From IMG/VR virus record IMGVR_UViG_3300032046_000013, positions 22,228 through 86,227 of that record: a DNA stretch of 64,000 nt; one strand, written 5' to 3'. The notes under the pieces are model-generated. The model saw only the letters and a list, made by a program, of their open reading frames with translations. It did no database searches and was not told the origin of the DNA. This DNA comes from a virus. Below are positions 29,401 to 38,316 of this stretch, in pieces (the first letter of the stretch is position 1; every line of letters starts with the position of its first letter). Both the position numbers and the translations under genes were made by a program.

Positions 29401-31116
29401 ACTGCCCGTGTCGGTGATATTGGTGATCCTGAATGACTTAAAGCCTGATCCTTGAAAAACATCACCGACCCGAATCTGCTCGATCAACTGGTTATAATCT
29501 GGTTTCCTGGCCCCTTTCTTACCCCCAGGCTGACGGTCCGCCATCGGACGGCCCGAGCTGGAATTGGGCCGGCAGCCGAAAATATCGCCTCCGCCGGCGT
29601 CCATCCCCTCATCCTCTGCCGTGCTCGCGGTCTGGTCAGCCACTGCAACCGCATGTTTGCATTTCCGGCCATGCTCACCGGCGGGACAGGAACAGGCCCA
29701 TCGCCGCAACTCGCCGTCCATTCCGAGAAACCGGACCTCATAGACGTTGCCGGAATCGCTGTGCACCGCCCAGGTTTCGTTTTCGCCGTTTTTTTCGATT
29801 TTCACCACGTGCTCGAAACCTGGGGGAGTAACCGAGAATTTGAGACTGGCCTGGAGTTTCTTTCCGCCCCGGGCCAGCAGTTGTTCAATCGCACTCTGGG
29901 GATCGTCGCCAAGTTTATCGGTCTTGGTGTCGCCGCCCCACCGATTGGGTTGGGAGATTTTCACCGGCCTCAGCACATGGGTCGGTCCATATTCGTAATA
30001 TCCGACCGAACCATCGCCCTGGACTATCGCCACTTCTCCGTCAGGCATCTGGTAGGCTCCATGAACCGTAGCTTGTTTGCGTTGGCCCATGTTGATCGTG
30101 CCTGATCCGACTCGCTTGCCGCCCTGCCTCACCAATTCCTGTATGGCTTTGCGCGGACCACCGAAATCATCAATCGGAGTATCGGTATGTTGCATCGTCT
30201 TGGCATCATAATATCCGACTGATCCGTCACCGCTTACTCTGGCGAGTTCCCCGTTGGGCATCAGATACATCCCGTAAGTCGAGCCTTGCTTGCTCCAGGC
30301 AGTCCGCAGAATGCGCGTGGCCTCTTTCGCTTCCTCGGCTTCCGGTTCGGGTTTCTTCGACTTCTCGCTCGGACTCGGTTTGGAATCCGAATTCTCCCCA
30401 AACGCTTCCGCCGTGGCCTCATCGATCAGTTTCTGACCATCCAGACCCTGGGAATCTGCGACCTCCACCAGTTTCTCCTGATGACTCTGCTCATCCAGGA
30501 TGATCTCGTCCACGAGGCCCTCGGCCTCCCCGTTTTCATCCGAGGTCAGGGACTCCGCGAGTTCCTGATATTCGCCTGGAGCCTTCACTTCATCGACCAT
30601 CGCATCCTCAATCAGGTCTTTCAATTCGGACTCCCCGGGTTCCGTTTCCTCGGTTTCCGGTGTCCGTTCCTCTTCCGCATGTTTCCGCATTTTCTTCTCT
30701 CCTTGTTTCGTCCCATAACCCGCGCTTTCCAGGACATCCAGAGCCGCCCGTGAACCGATGCTCCGCAAGATCAGCGTATAAACTCCCGCATTCTCCGTAT
30801 CGTAATTCAACTGGGCTTCCAGAATCGGCACGGCCCGATCTCCAAATTGCACGACAGTCCGATATGCGCCCGATTTCAGGCTGGCATCCGGGCTTTCAAT
30901 AACTTCACGCAATAAGTCGGTGATCGTTTCCTCAATATCGGGACGGCGAGATCGTTTGGGCACATCATATCCTTCACGTCGCGCCATGTCATAAGCAATA
31001 GCCGCCGCTTGTTCCTGGGATTTGCCTTCGCCAATCAATTTTTTGATCTTTTGGCTGATCCACGCTTGAGCCTCGTCCGTGAGTTTGGCCCCGATCTTAC
31101 GCACTTCGTTTCTCAT
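26500..31116 (-). CDS. 1538-aa acidic mosaic protein, putative internal head polyprotein
   Basis: About 14 small modules (HEAT-like, ferritin-like, two GDGSVGYY domains, SWIM, SH3-like) separated by RKIGA/RKHA/RKQA/RKTA/RKVG-type linkers. Confidence 0.7.
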   Translation of the reverse strand: MRNEVRKIGAKLTDEAQAWISQKIKKLIGEGKSQEQAAAIAYDMARREGYDVPKRSRRPDIEETITDLLREVIESPDASLKSGAYRTVVQFGDRAVPILEAQLNYDTENAGVYTLILRSIGSRAALDVLESAGYGTKQGEKKMRKHAEEERTPETEETEPGESELKDLIEDAMVDEVKAPGEYQELAESLTSDENGEAEGLVDEIILDEQSHQEKLVEVADSQGLDGQKLIDEATAEAFGENSDSKPSPSEKSKKPEPEAEEAKEATRILRTAWSKQGSTYGMYLMPNGELARVSGDGSVGYYDAKTMQHTDTPIDDFGGPRKAIQELVRQGGKRVGSGTINMGQRKQATVHGAYQMPDGEVAIVQGDGSVGYYEYGPTHVLRPVKISQPNRWGGDTKTDKLGDDPQSAIEQLLARGGKKLQASLKFSVTPPGFEHVVKIEKNGENETWAVHSDSGNVYEVRFLGMDGELRRWACSCPAGEHGRKCKHAVAVADQTASTAEDEGMDAGGGDIFGCRPNSSSGRPMADRQPGGKKGARKPDYNQLIEQIRVGDVFQGSGFKSFRITNITDTGSRADIPEARWDSFVATVEYLDEELQPTGRKGTWALGAIGVNLGDGNLEKVEGGKMGMRKHGAKLEEGFDFSLGLGAEFELEDIDAEFEDSRGRNDLIEENVNFILDREFGQGTYHAEFAPDGINTEVDEVDPNQGWVNFTSSLYFGISDQSGNQVAIAEGGALGMADNSGEGGTLSHITIRITEVTGHEAEGMRRRLQAMQSDRQVFDRYFEKNAHQVWQALERERRGDMEYLREALKRGDQTPEGIMATQGIGGLFRAASTHVTGITLRDTAEDLFRDQVLAEIIPTKKEADHYTKHFQSIPSKVLAQSIGRLEQREAAKSLTITEQGELNLLREEYKRRGQDPEKNLVDDRTMKSPDLKGGGEVKPRKEGRRKVGAKFGPLATLLTQKSDRGQTDVIQNIQRILDGEDLRGFEPDELEMVENLVNSVAAEATGEVAQEIQEVRDSIDTYSGGGNEVEGQRKTAVNPFRLGDEVKDQSGRIGRVIEVNPPYNGIEGVVIEWDEDQEREEYLSSESDWNELEKMGQRKTATLPDDYQGPIKGGFSISTTDQFEIEQNAEERGITLDDAAWDQLNQDVALLEENTEAWLKTVVNWAQNEGHDHDGDLSGSFDATPESPLYNAIIESSEEGIGEPLRFGAMPPYDLGAYADEGKLKEGVSGIGQQLLDVTLNFFAVEPDTEGEPQAPEKTSRRKVGGTPDIRNLAYQAGLHAAQDAWMFESADDILKQMEQDLDKMGPGDDAESLVQHWQQSWESTDQFASHLRKVVEQSEGEGEDMVEDHLEISEGFWEGVDAGLGERGINVWKLARQLVPERPKGKTPRKPQAPEKTSRRKIGAGGGAYDVGVQAAEAGIAVSADQVREEMTGQLRYANHSEDLVQAWLEYLGRNADLDTYSQQVMDLAGDLVAGEEGFEEQLDRYYDLMEQFHEGLFQGLSKQGIEVYQIAKEVWEQSGKPQTPKGKVKQSARFTQ
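29533..29804 (-). repeat. 272-bp copy of the SWIM zinc-finger gene at 54307-54578
   Basis: Direct alignment by eye gives 3 mismatches in 272 bp. Confidence 0.95.
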
Positions 31117-32573
31117 TTTTTTCTCCCCGGATAGGGTTCTTTCGCATAGGTCGGATCGTCCTGAGCGTTTTCATTTTCCCGCTCTTCCCATGCTTGCTGA
31201 TCTTCGGCCTGCAGTTCGGCCACGGCTTGATCGAATTTCCGATTGAACTCTATGGGATTATTCTCCTGAAACAGGTAATGCAATTCTTTCTCCGCATTAC
31301 CGAGTGGTTGCTTGTCGATTGTGATCTCACGGGCATTCACTGCGGATTCCAGCGCATCATAAATGGCTTGTCGCAACTGACCTTCGACATCGGAGATCGT
31401 TCTGAGTTCATCCCAGAGTGCGTCAGCAGGATTTACCTCAGTCCCGTGCTTGGCCAGCGTTCCGTATCCGCCTTGGCCCCGCTCTTCCACCGTTTCTTTG
31501 ACCTGACCGGACTGGCCGACCTGGGATTCCGACTTCTCGTTATTTTCCAGTTCTTTTAACGAATTGAGAAATGCCTCGGTGCCCAAGGTCTGCACGTGCT
31601 CCATATAGGACTGGGCTAAATCAGGCGCGACCTCCGCCGCAATTTGGCTTACCAAATCCCAATCAATTTCTTGACCTTTGGGAACTCCGTCCTCCACTTC
31701 CGACTGGCGTAGTTCCGGCAGATGCTCGGCCATCCGCTGATTGATCTCCCAGAAGTCCTGGTCCTCATCGGCTTGGTCAGTCTGTCCGATCTTCGATAAC
31801 GATGGTAATTTCCGGGGGTCCAGTGCCCGGCGTCCTGCTGATTCAAACTGGACGATCAGCACGTTCTCCTCGGGATGAACTTGGAGAACCTGACCCCGAC
31901 CATAGCGGCGATAGAATACTTCATCACCTGGGTGGAAGTCCGCGATCCGAACGGCGGTTTTCTCCATCCGTCCCACGGTCTCCTGACCTTGGCCGATGTC
32001 CAGGATATAGGCCCGAAGCCGATCCGTGTCCATTCGACGTGCGGATTCGACCTGAGAGTCCCCGATCCCCGCCATTGCGCACTTCGATTTCAGATAATCC
32101 ACTAGTTGCGAGTGCGAGGCTGATCCAAGTCTCGCATGATCGGCCTGGATCAATGCTGAAAGTTTTTTCATCTTCCGCTCCCTTATCCCATAATCCAACT
32201 TCGTCCGCATCGGATTTGGAAATTTACTCGCTGTCGGAATGAACGACGCGACTTCTGCTGGATCGCCCCGGAGTATCGACTGGCCATCCAGCACGACATC
32301 TAGCTGTGCAATCAGATTATCCCATTGGACATCGATCAATGCACCCTGGGGATGAACCTTCGGAGCCAGGGAGATCACGGTTCCGCCCAGCCGATCATAC
32401 GTCCTAGTCACTCGGTCGCCCCGGAACACATCGAACGGCCCGCCCCGGAGAATCGCTGGAACCATCACATCATGGGCCTGCATATCCTCAGACCGGGGAC
32501 CGAAACGGTTGATCGTGCTGTGTTTAATAGTCGCCACGTGCCATATCTTCCCGAGTCGGAGGATTCTCTTCAT
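31113..32573 (-). CDS. mosaic protein, putative internal head polyprotein (includes PcrA/UvrD-CTD-like Tudor module)
   Basis: Linkers KMKKLSA, MEKTAV, SKIGQ and AKHGT. It contains the module DFHPGDEVFYRRYGRGQV...VQFESAGRRAL. Confidence 0.6.
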   Translation of the reverse strand: MKRILRLGKIWHVATIKHSTINRFGPRSEDMQAHDVMVPAILRGGPFDVFRGDRVTRTYDRLGGTVISLAPKVHPQGALIDVQWDNLIAQLDVVLDGQSILRGDPAEVASFIPTASKFPNPMRTKLDYGIRERKMKKLSALIQADHARLGSASHSQLVDYLKSKCAMAGIGDSQVESARRMDTDRLRAYILDIGQGQETVGRMEKTAVRIADFHPGDEVFYRRYGRGQVLQVHPEENVLIVQFESAGRRALDPRKLPSLSKIGQTDQADEDQDFWEINQRMAEHLPELRQSEVEDGVPKGQEIDWDLVSQIAAEVAPDLAQSYMEHVQTLGTEAFLNSLKELENNEKSESQVGQSGQVKETVEERGQGGYGTLAKHGTEVNPADALWDELRTISDVEGQLRQAIYDALESAVNAREITIDKQPLGNAEKELHYLFQENNPIEFNRKFDQAVAELQAEDQQAWEERENENAQDDPTYAKEPYPGRKK

Positions 32574-35500
32574 GGTTTCTGATCTCGTCTTCGAGTTTCC
32601 GCTCATCTTCCTCAGTCAAGGGAATTTCCTGTCCATCCTCATCGACCAACCGGATACTGTGAATCTCCGTCTCTGGATGTTCCTCTGGCGAAGTCTCTGT
32701 CCGTCTCAGACCCGGACTGAAACTTGTTTGGTAATAAATCGTGGCATCCCGTTCATCCGGTCCCCAGACGGTGGGTAACGTTTCTTCACCTCCACGTTTG
32801 GGTAGGACCTCATCTATCGATGCCCGGACATCCTTGCTCGCTACGGTAGTCAGAGTCATGCCCCCGTGGTCATCCAGAATCCAGACATTGGGCCAGAACT
32901 GTTGCTGTTCCATGCAAGCCTTGATCGCATCGTCAATGTCCTCAAAGTGGTTTCCCTCCCCGAAAAGGAACTCATCAGAGCCGACTTGGACTTCGTAATA
33001 CCCATCTGGGGTTTGCTCGATGACTTTCTTACCTCCCTGTTCCCATACTTCAGTTTTTCCACCCAAATGTCCAGTTGATTGGATCACCAGATCGCCGTCC
33101 TCGGGTTCCTGCGGTTCGTCCATCGGCTCGGCTTCCAACTCTTCCAAGGTTCCTTGTTTGGGTAGGACCTCATCTTCGGAAAAGTCAATGTGCTTGATCA
33201 TGCCCGTGCCACCGCATTCGGGACATCCAGATTCCCTGCCCCCAGGAATTTGCCCTTCACCTTGGCAGGTGGGACATAGTTCGATTGAGGAAAATTCAGA
33301 GCCTCTGCCCGGAGGAACAGCCACTACTTTTGCTTTTCTTTTTTTAAATTCAGCCCATTCCTGTTCCTGCCTCTGGCTCCAATCCTCGATTTGTTTTTTC
33401 TGATATGCCTTATCTATCTTTTTTCCCTTCCAGTTTCCCCGGGGTTTGCTCAGCTCCGATGGTGCGTCTTTGTCCTGGGCGACTTTCTGGCTACTCGTGG
33501 CCAGAGTTCCCAACTGGGCCATCTGATTCTGGAGGTCAGTTGGAGGCCCATAATCCCAATACTTGACCTCGACTCCCGGAAACATGACCTTGAAATATTG
33601 CTTCGGTTGATTATGTTCCAACTGATAAGGTTCATTTCCATACATGGCCTTGGCCCAAGCGACCCATTGGTAAGCCGAGAGTTTGGCTTCCTGCTCGGAA
33701 TCGCGGTGCAGATGGATGGCCCCACTCGGATCGGTCTCAGGAATCTCGAACATCGGATCAGCCCCCTGCTTGGGCACGGCCCATGGGTCAATCGAAGCGG
33801 GTTTCTGACTTGTGCCCTTCACTTCTGGCATGTTCGGTGCAGGAGTCAATGGATCATATTCTCCGCCCTTGATCTGTTCTAAGTAATCATCCGCCAGTTC
33901 CTGGGCTACGGCTTGGCGCACGGCCTGGGGGAACATCTTGTGCCACGGCTGATCAGGACTTCCGAACTCCTTGGCGTATTTCTTGGCTCCATTCTCGACC
34001 AGATACATCCACAGTTTCGGGGCCAGTGCGTGGTTGTAAGTCTGGTTTTTGAGCCGCCGCTGGATGTTCCGAATGATCGGCATGAACTGCTGGTGGTAAA
34101 GGTCAGCATCGTTCTCGATGAACAACCGGAGTTCTTGCGCCCCATATTCATCTTTGTCTGGATCGGGAGGCAGATCACTCTGCCATTCATTGTAATCCAT
34201 GCCGAGGACTGGCAATCCCAGTTCTTCGTCCCAGACGCTCAGCTTTTTCATCTTGCTCCCCTTATGAGATTGAATAGCGCGTTCCTGTCGTTCGGCATCA
34301 GCCTTTGAATCATGGGTGCCCAGCCGTTTCTTTCCGTCATGGGAGTAGAGCACCCACGAGTCGCCTTCTTGGCGGATGACCGCAGTTTTGGCGGGGGCTA
34401 TGCTTTCGATTGATTTTTCAATCTGCGTATCCACCTCGAATTCTGTCAACCCGTTTTCGCGGGCCAGTCTTCCAGCCCACACTTTCGCCACTTCAAACAT
34501 ATCAGTAGATTGTGTAGTGCCAGCTATATTGGTTCCGTGAAACTTTTTAGGATCATCAACCACCTTGACTTGTAGTTGCCCACGCCTCGGCTGGCATACT
34601 GCTACCCAATACATTTGTCGTGCAGTCTTTCTCATCGCTAGCACTGGGGCGAACATCGGGAGATATAACGTGTCCTCGATCTCCTGGGCCAACACGGTTT
34701 CGCCCATGACTTTCAGCCGTTCGAGCAGGGCCATGAACCAGGCTTTGCCCCGTTCCAGATATTTACGGACGAACGCCTCGGCCCCAGTGTCGGTCGGCTG
34801 GGATTCGGTCTCAATCACCTGCTCGATCTGGGTGGGCAGGGGAAAGTCCGACATCGCCTCCTTGGCCTGGATCGGCGTAATATCGATCTCGTCCGCCTGG
34901 ACATAGCACTCGGACTGGAGGAACTTCGCAGCCTCGCGCACGGACCTCAGAGTCGGAAAGTCCGCGATTATAACTTTCTGGCCCTCGGTCACCAGCCGTC
35001 CACCGTGGGCGAGACAGAAAGACCGAGCGTCCCGGAAAGATGCCTGGACGAACCCGGGCATCTGAGACCACCCGGCCTTTACGAGGTTCGGGAACGTCAT
35101 CCTGTAATGTTCAGTCTGCGCGAGCGTCGGCATGGTCGGCTCCTTCAGTTTTAGCGGCTTCCCGTCAAAGATCGGACTGGGTTCCAACGTCCCGTCCTCG
35201 CGGGTGTGAAATCCCGCAGGTGTGCGGGGTTTCAGGTATGAGGGCGAAGTGATGTCACGTTTCTTTCCACCCTGTTTGAGTATGGATAATACCTGTTCCA
35301 GCGAATCGGATTCCGGGGAATCCTTGACGATATTAAAATCCTTCGGCTCGTGCTCGTGCGATGTCCGGGCATGGTCGGAGATGCGGACATCCAGATATTT
35401 TTCTTCCTCATCCGTCCCGTCCTTGCGGAAAGTCAGATAGTCGGACTGGGATGACATGGCCCCATACTCATTGCTCAGTTCCCAGCCCCCGGCATCGGCG

Positions 35501-35724
35501 GCATCCTTGATCTGATCTTCTACCGAATCCTTCCATTCGTGCCATTCTTCGCGTTCCTGGCACTGTTCGCATAACCGGGATTCGCCTTCCAAGGGCACGG
35601 CCTCAGTGTCTATCAGATCGCCGTCATCATCGTAAGTATCGGTGATCTCGGCCTTGACCTGCACCAGATGGTCACACTGTTCGCACGGCCACCGGGCATA
35701 GTCGGTTCGCGTTTCAGTTCGCAC
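32524..35724 (-). CDS. 1066-aa acidic mosaic protein, putative internal head polyprotein
   Basis: Linkers AKEAM, MRKTAR, AKTAV, KMKKLSV, QKVAQ and PKQG. Modules include VRISDH, ELRLFIENDADLY and a CPTCQGEG...CPECGGTG Zn finger. Confidence 0.65.
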   Translation of the reverse strand: MRTETRTDYARWPCEQCDHLVQVKAEITDTYDDDGDLIDTEAVPLEGESRLCEQCQEREEWHEWKDSVEDQIKDAADAGGWELSNEYGAMSSQSDYLTFRKDGTDEEEKYLDVRISDHARTSHEHEPKDFNIVKDSPESDSLEQVLSILKQGGKKRDITSPSYLKPRTPAGFHTREDGTLEPSPIFDGKPLKLKEPTMPTLAQTEHYRMTFPNLVKAGWSQMPGFVQASFRDARSFCLAHGGRLVTEGQKVIIADFPTLRSVREAAKFLQSECYVQADEIDITPIQAKEAMSDFPLPTQIEQVIETESQPTDTGAEAFVRKYLERGKAWFMALLERLKVMGETVLAQEIEDTLYLPMFAPVLAMRKTARQMYWVAVCQPRRGQLQVKVVDDPKKFHGTNIAGTTQSTDMFEVAKVWAGRLARENGLTEFEVDTQIEKSIESIAPAKTAVIRQEGDSWVLYSHDGKKRLGTHDSKADAERQERAIQSHKGSKMKKLSVWDEELGLPVLGMDYNEWQSDLPPDPDKDEYGAQELRLFIENDADLYHQQFMPIIRNIQRRLKNQTYNHALAPKLWMYLVENGAKKYAKEFGSPDQPWHKMFPQAVRQAVAQELADDYLEQIKGGEYDPLTPAPNMPEVKGTSQKPASIDPWAVPKQGADPMFEIPETDPSGAIHLHRDSEQEAKLSAYQWVAWAKAMYGNEPYQLEHNQPKQYFKVMFPGVEVKYWDYGPPTDLQNQMAQLGTLATSSQKVAQDKDAPSELSKPRGNWKGKKIDKAYQKKQIEDWSQRQEQEWAEFKKRKAKVVAVPPGRGSEFSSIELCPTCQGEGQIPGGRESGCPECGGTGMIKHIDFSEDEVLPKQGTLEELEAEPMDEPQEPEDGDLVIQSTGHLGGKTEVWEQGGKKVIEQTPDGYYEVQVGSDEFLFGEGNHFEDIDDAIKACMEQQQFWPNVWILDDHGGMTLTTVASKDVRASIDEVLPKRGGEETLPTVWGPDERDATIYYQTSFSPGLRRTETSPEEHPETEIHSIRLVDEDGQEIPLTEEDERKLEDEIRNHEENPPTREDMARGDY

Positions 35725-37655
35725 TATTCCGTGTCCTCGTTCGGATAGGGGACTTGCGATTCGTCCATTGGCTTTTCAATTCCCATCAAATCATCAAATT
35801 CTGAGCGATCACCATGAAGAAAAGCATCTGCAATAAGTTCCAACATGGGTGGTTCCGGTGCGGGTTCATCGAGTTCCGCGAAGAATTTTTGCATGGTCAT
35901 GGAGTTGATCTCGGCGTTGGGGTCTTCGGGAATTCTATTCATTGTTTTCTGAAGAAAATTCCAAAGGGCATTGGCGAGCGATGCAGTTTTCTTCCGTCCT
36001 TCCGTCGGCTCCTCGGCCCAGGGGTTGTTGTCAGGCGATTGCCCAGCCGAGGTCTTGCGCGAACCTACGGCTGAGGAAAACTTGGGCTTCCATCGGTTCT
36101 GTCTCTTGGCCGAATCCTTGAGCAGATCGCGGAGCCAACTCTCGAAATTCGATGTCCGCACCACGGCCCCATTGCGGGTCATCGCGTCCAGTTCGGACTT
36201 ACCCACGGAGGTCGTGGCCCCGTCCTCCCAGGCGACGATCCACAGAGACTGACCCCGCTCGACCGCTGCATCCACGATCTTACCAGTCCTGTAAGGTTCG
36301 ACCTGCTGGAACTCATCTTCGACATTCCACCGGAACATCCGCGATCCCTGAACAGGCTGTTTCTTCGCGTCCGCGAGCAACCGCTCGAACACATCCACGG
36401 CCCGTTCCAGATTACCCGTGAGTTTCTCCCACAGGCCCTTGATCGAGTCCCAGATCCCGGCGGTCACGATCCGGCTTTGCTTGGCTGGTTTGACCTTCAC
36501 CGTTTTGATGTCCGAGATCGAGGTCGTCTGTTTTGTCAGGTCAGCCAGCAGTTTCTCGACCGTCGCTTTTGCTTCGGCATCCACATGCTTCAGGGCCTCG
36601 GCAAGGGCTACGGGATATGTCCGGGCATACGACGGGTTCTCTTTGGTCGTCCATGCCAGTTCGTAAATGTCCTGGTCCAGCCGGATGCGGAGTTTGCCCA
36701 CCGACTGCACGGCCTTGAAGATTGCCGGGTAGGCCATGAGTGCATCCCTATCTTTCTTCATCTGCTTGTCCAGCGTCTCGAACTGGTGCTTGGCCTCGTC
36801 GCACTTGGCCAAAGTTTCTTTAAGCGACCGCAGAGACTGCTCGATCTCCGGTGGCAGACCCGCCAGTTCGCCTTCGGGAACCCGGGCCGGAAGTCCGGGG
36901 TCCTCGCCCATAGGCATGTTCTTGTCGGCAGTCTTGCGCGAACCTTGTTTTTTCCATTGACCCGAAGCAATCAAATTTTCCAACTCAGTTTCTTTCAGCC
37001 AATGTTCGCCACCATGAGGGTCTCCCTCGATAGTAACCCAGTAACGCGGTTCCCCCCATTCTTCAGGGCCTTCGTTGGCCATTTCCTTAATCGTATATCG
37101 CTGGCCTTTCGAGTCTGTGAAACTTTCCCCTACTTGATGTAGCATTGTCTCGGATCGTAAGGCACGCTTGGTCAGTCCGAGTTCCCGGGCCAGCCGATCA
37201 GCCCGGCCCAGCTTGCGCGAGGCTTCTTTCCAGGCATGGTCAGGATAGAACAGGTCTTTGGCGTTCGGGTTGTCCATGGAGTCCCCACGCCAACCGCCGT
37301 CCACGCGCTGACCCCGGATTCGGTGAGTATTCCTCTGCTGCTCCGGGGGGTTCCGATAAGATTGGGCGGCATCGCTCGGAATTAGCGTGAACTCCCGGAC
37401 TTCCGAATCATCGGCGGTCTTGTCCAGCCCGAGTTCCTGGGCCAGCCGGTCGGCCCGCGATTGTCCCTGCTTGGGCATCACTTCCTGCTTTTCCTGCCGG
37501 TGACCCACGAAGTCCAGTTCATCGGCCTTGAGGTCCCCATGAAAGAATCCCAAGTCCCCATACCGATCAATCTGCGCCCGCAGGTCATCCCGGGGTTCGC
37601 GTTTGGGACTTACCGCATTTTTCATCAACCTAGTCAGATGATCTGCTTCAGACAT
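35724..37655 (-). CDS. mosaic protein, putative internal head polyprotein
   Basis: Start MSEADHL with an AAGGAG RBS. Linkers DKTAD, TKRAL, SRKTAD, RKTSA and RKKTAS, and a duplicated RADRLA.ELGL. Confidence 0.65.
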   Translation of the reverse strand: MSEADHLTRLMKNAVSPKREPRDDLRAQIDRYGDLGFFHGDLKADELDFVGHRQEKQEVMPKQGQSRADRLAQELGLDKTADDSEVREFTLIPSDAAQSYRNPPEQQRNTHRIRGQRVDGGWRGDSMDNPNAKDLFYPDHAWKEASRKLGRADRLARELGLTKRALRSETMLHQVGESFTDSKGQRYTIKEMANEGPEEWGEPRYWVTIEGDPHGGEHWLKETELENLIASGQWKKQGSRKTADKNMPMGEDPGLPARVPEGELAGLPPEIEQSLRSLKETLAKCDEAKHQFETLDKQMKKDRDALMAYPAIFKAVQSVGKLRIRLDQDIYELAWTTKENPSYARTYPVALAEALKHVDAEAKATVEKLLADLTKQTTSISDIKTVKVKPAKQSRIVTAGIWDSIKGLWEKLTGNLERAVDVFERLLADAKKQPVQGSRMFRWNVEDEFQQVEPYRTGKIVDAAVERGQSLWIVAWEDGATTSVGKSELDAMTRNGAVVRTSNFESWLRDLLKDSAKRQNRWKPKFSSAVGSRKTSAGQSPDNNPWAEEPTEGRKKTASLANALWNFLQKTMNRIPEDPNAEINSMTMQKFFAELDEPAPEPPMLELIADAFLHGDRSEFDDLMGIEKPMDESQVPYPNEDTE

Positions 37656-38307
37656 CGCTATCTCCTTCATCATCAAAAATTTCGCGCAATCGCTCCAACC
37701 GCGCTTCGTGCGTTGATCCCTCGGCCAGCCCGAACTCATCCAGGTCGGGATGCACCCTGTCCGTGTAGCTGTTCCTGAACGTCTGTTCTTCCATGGTGAT
37801 ATCCGAGACGTTGCGTCGAAGTTCCGCATCTTCGCCTGCGGATTCCCGCACATCGGACTGTCCTCGATCATGGGACGAATCATACGGTGCTCGGGTAAAA
37901 TCGATGCCGGGAATGGCACCGGAGAAATCGTCCAAGCCGAGGTCTATCTCGTTTTCGTTGAATTCCGGGACTTCCCCAAACTGCGGATTTTCCCCTCGGG
38001 GTATGGGTTGGCCCCGGAATTCCCGTTCTCGGGGTTCAGAATCACGGCGAGGATCAGGGGTTGGCGCGGCTTGGACGGGTATCCCTTGGCTCGCACCCCA
38101 AGTCACAAACCCCGATTGGGGTCCTGCGAGATCAGCCCGAGTAATGCCTTGAAGCAAATCATCCGCTGATATTCCTGGCTCCGCACCCCACCGTTGTTCG
38201 ATGATCTGACTTCCGACCTTGATCGTCCGCCGAGGTCCCAAGAATCGGAAACCTTCTCGGGGGTCCTTGCCACCGCTACCCTCGCCATCAAATAATTTCC
38301 TCATCAC
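37648..38307 (-). CDS. hypothetical acidic protein
   Basis: AAGGAG RBS, overlapping the next gene. Confidence 0.55.
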   Translation of the reverse strand: MMRKLFDGEGSGGKDPREGFRFLGPRRTIKVGSQIIEQRWGAEPGISADDLLQGITRADLAGPQSGFVTWGASQGIPVQAAPTPDPRRDSEPREREFRGQPIPRGENPQFGEVPEFNENEIDLGLDDFSGAIPGIDFTRAPYDSSHDRGQSDVRESAGEDAELRRNVSDITMEEQTFRNSYTDRVHPDLDEFGLAEGSTHEARLERLREIFDDEGDSDV

Positions 38308-38316
38308 CCGCTCCTT

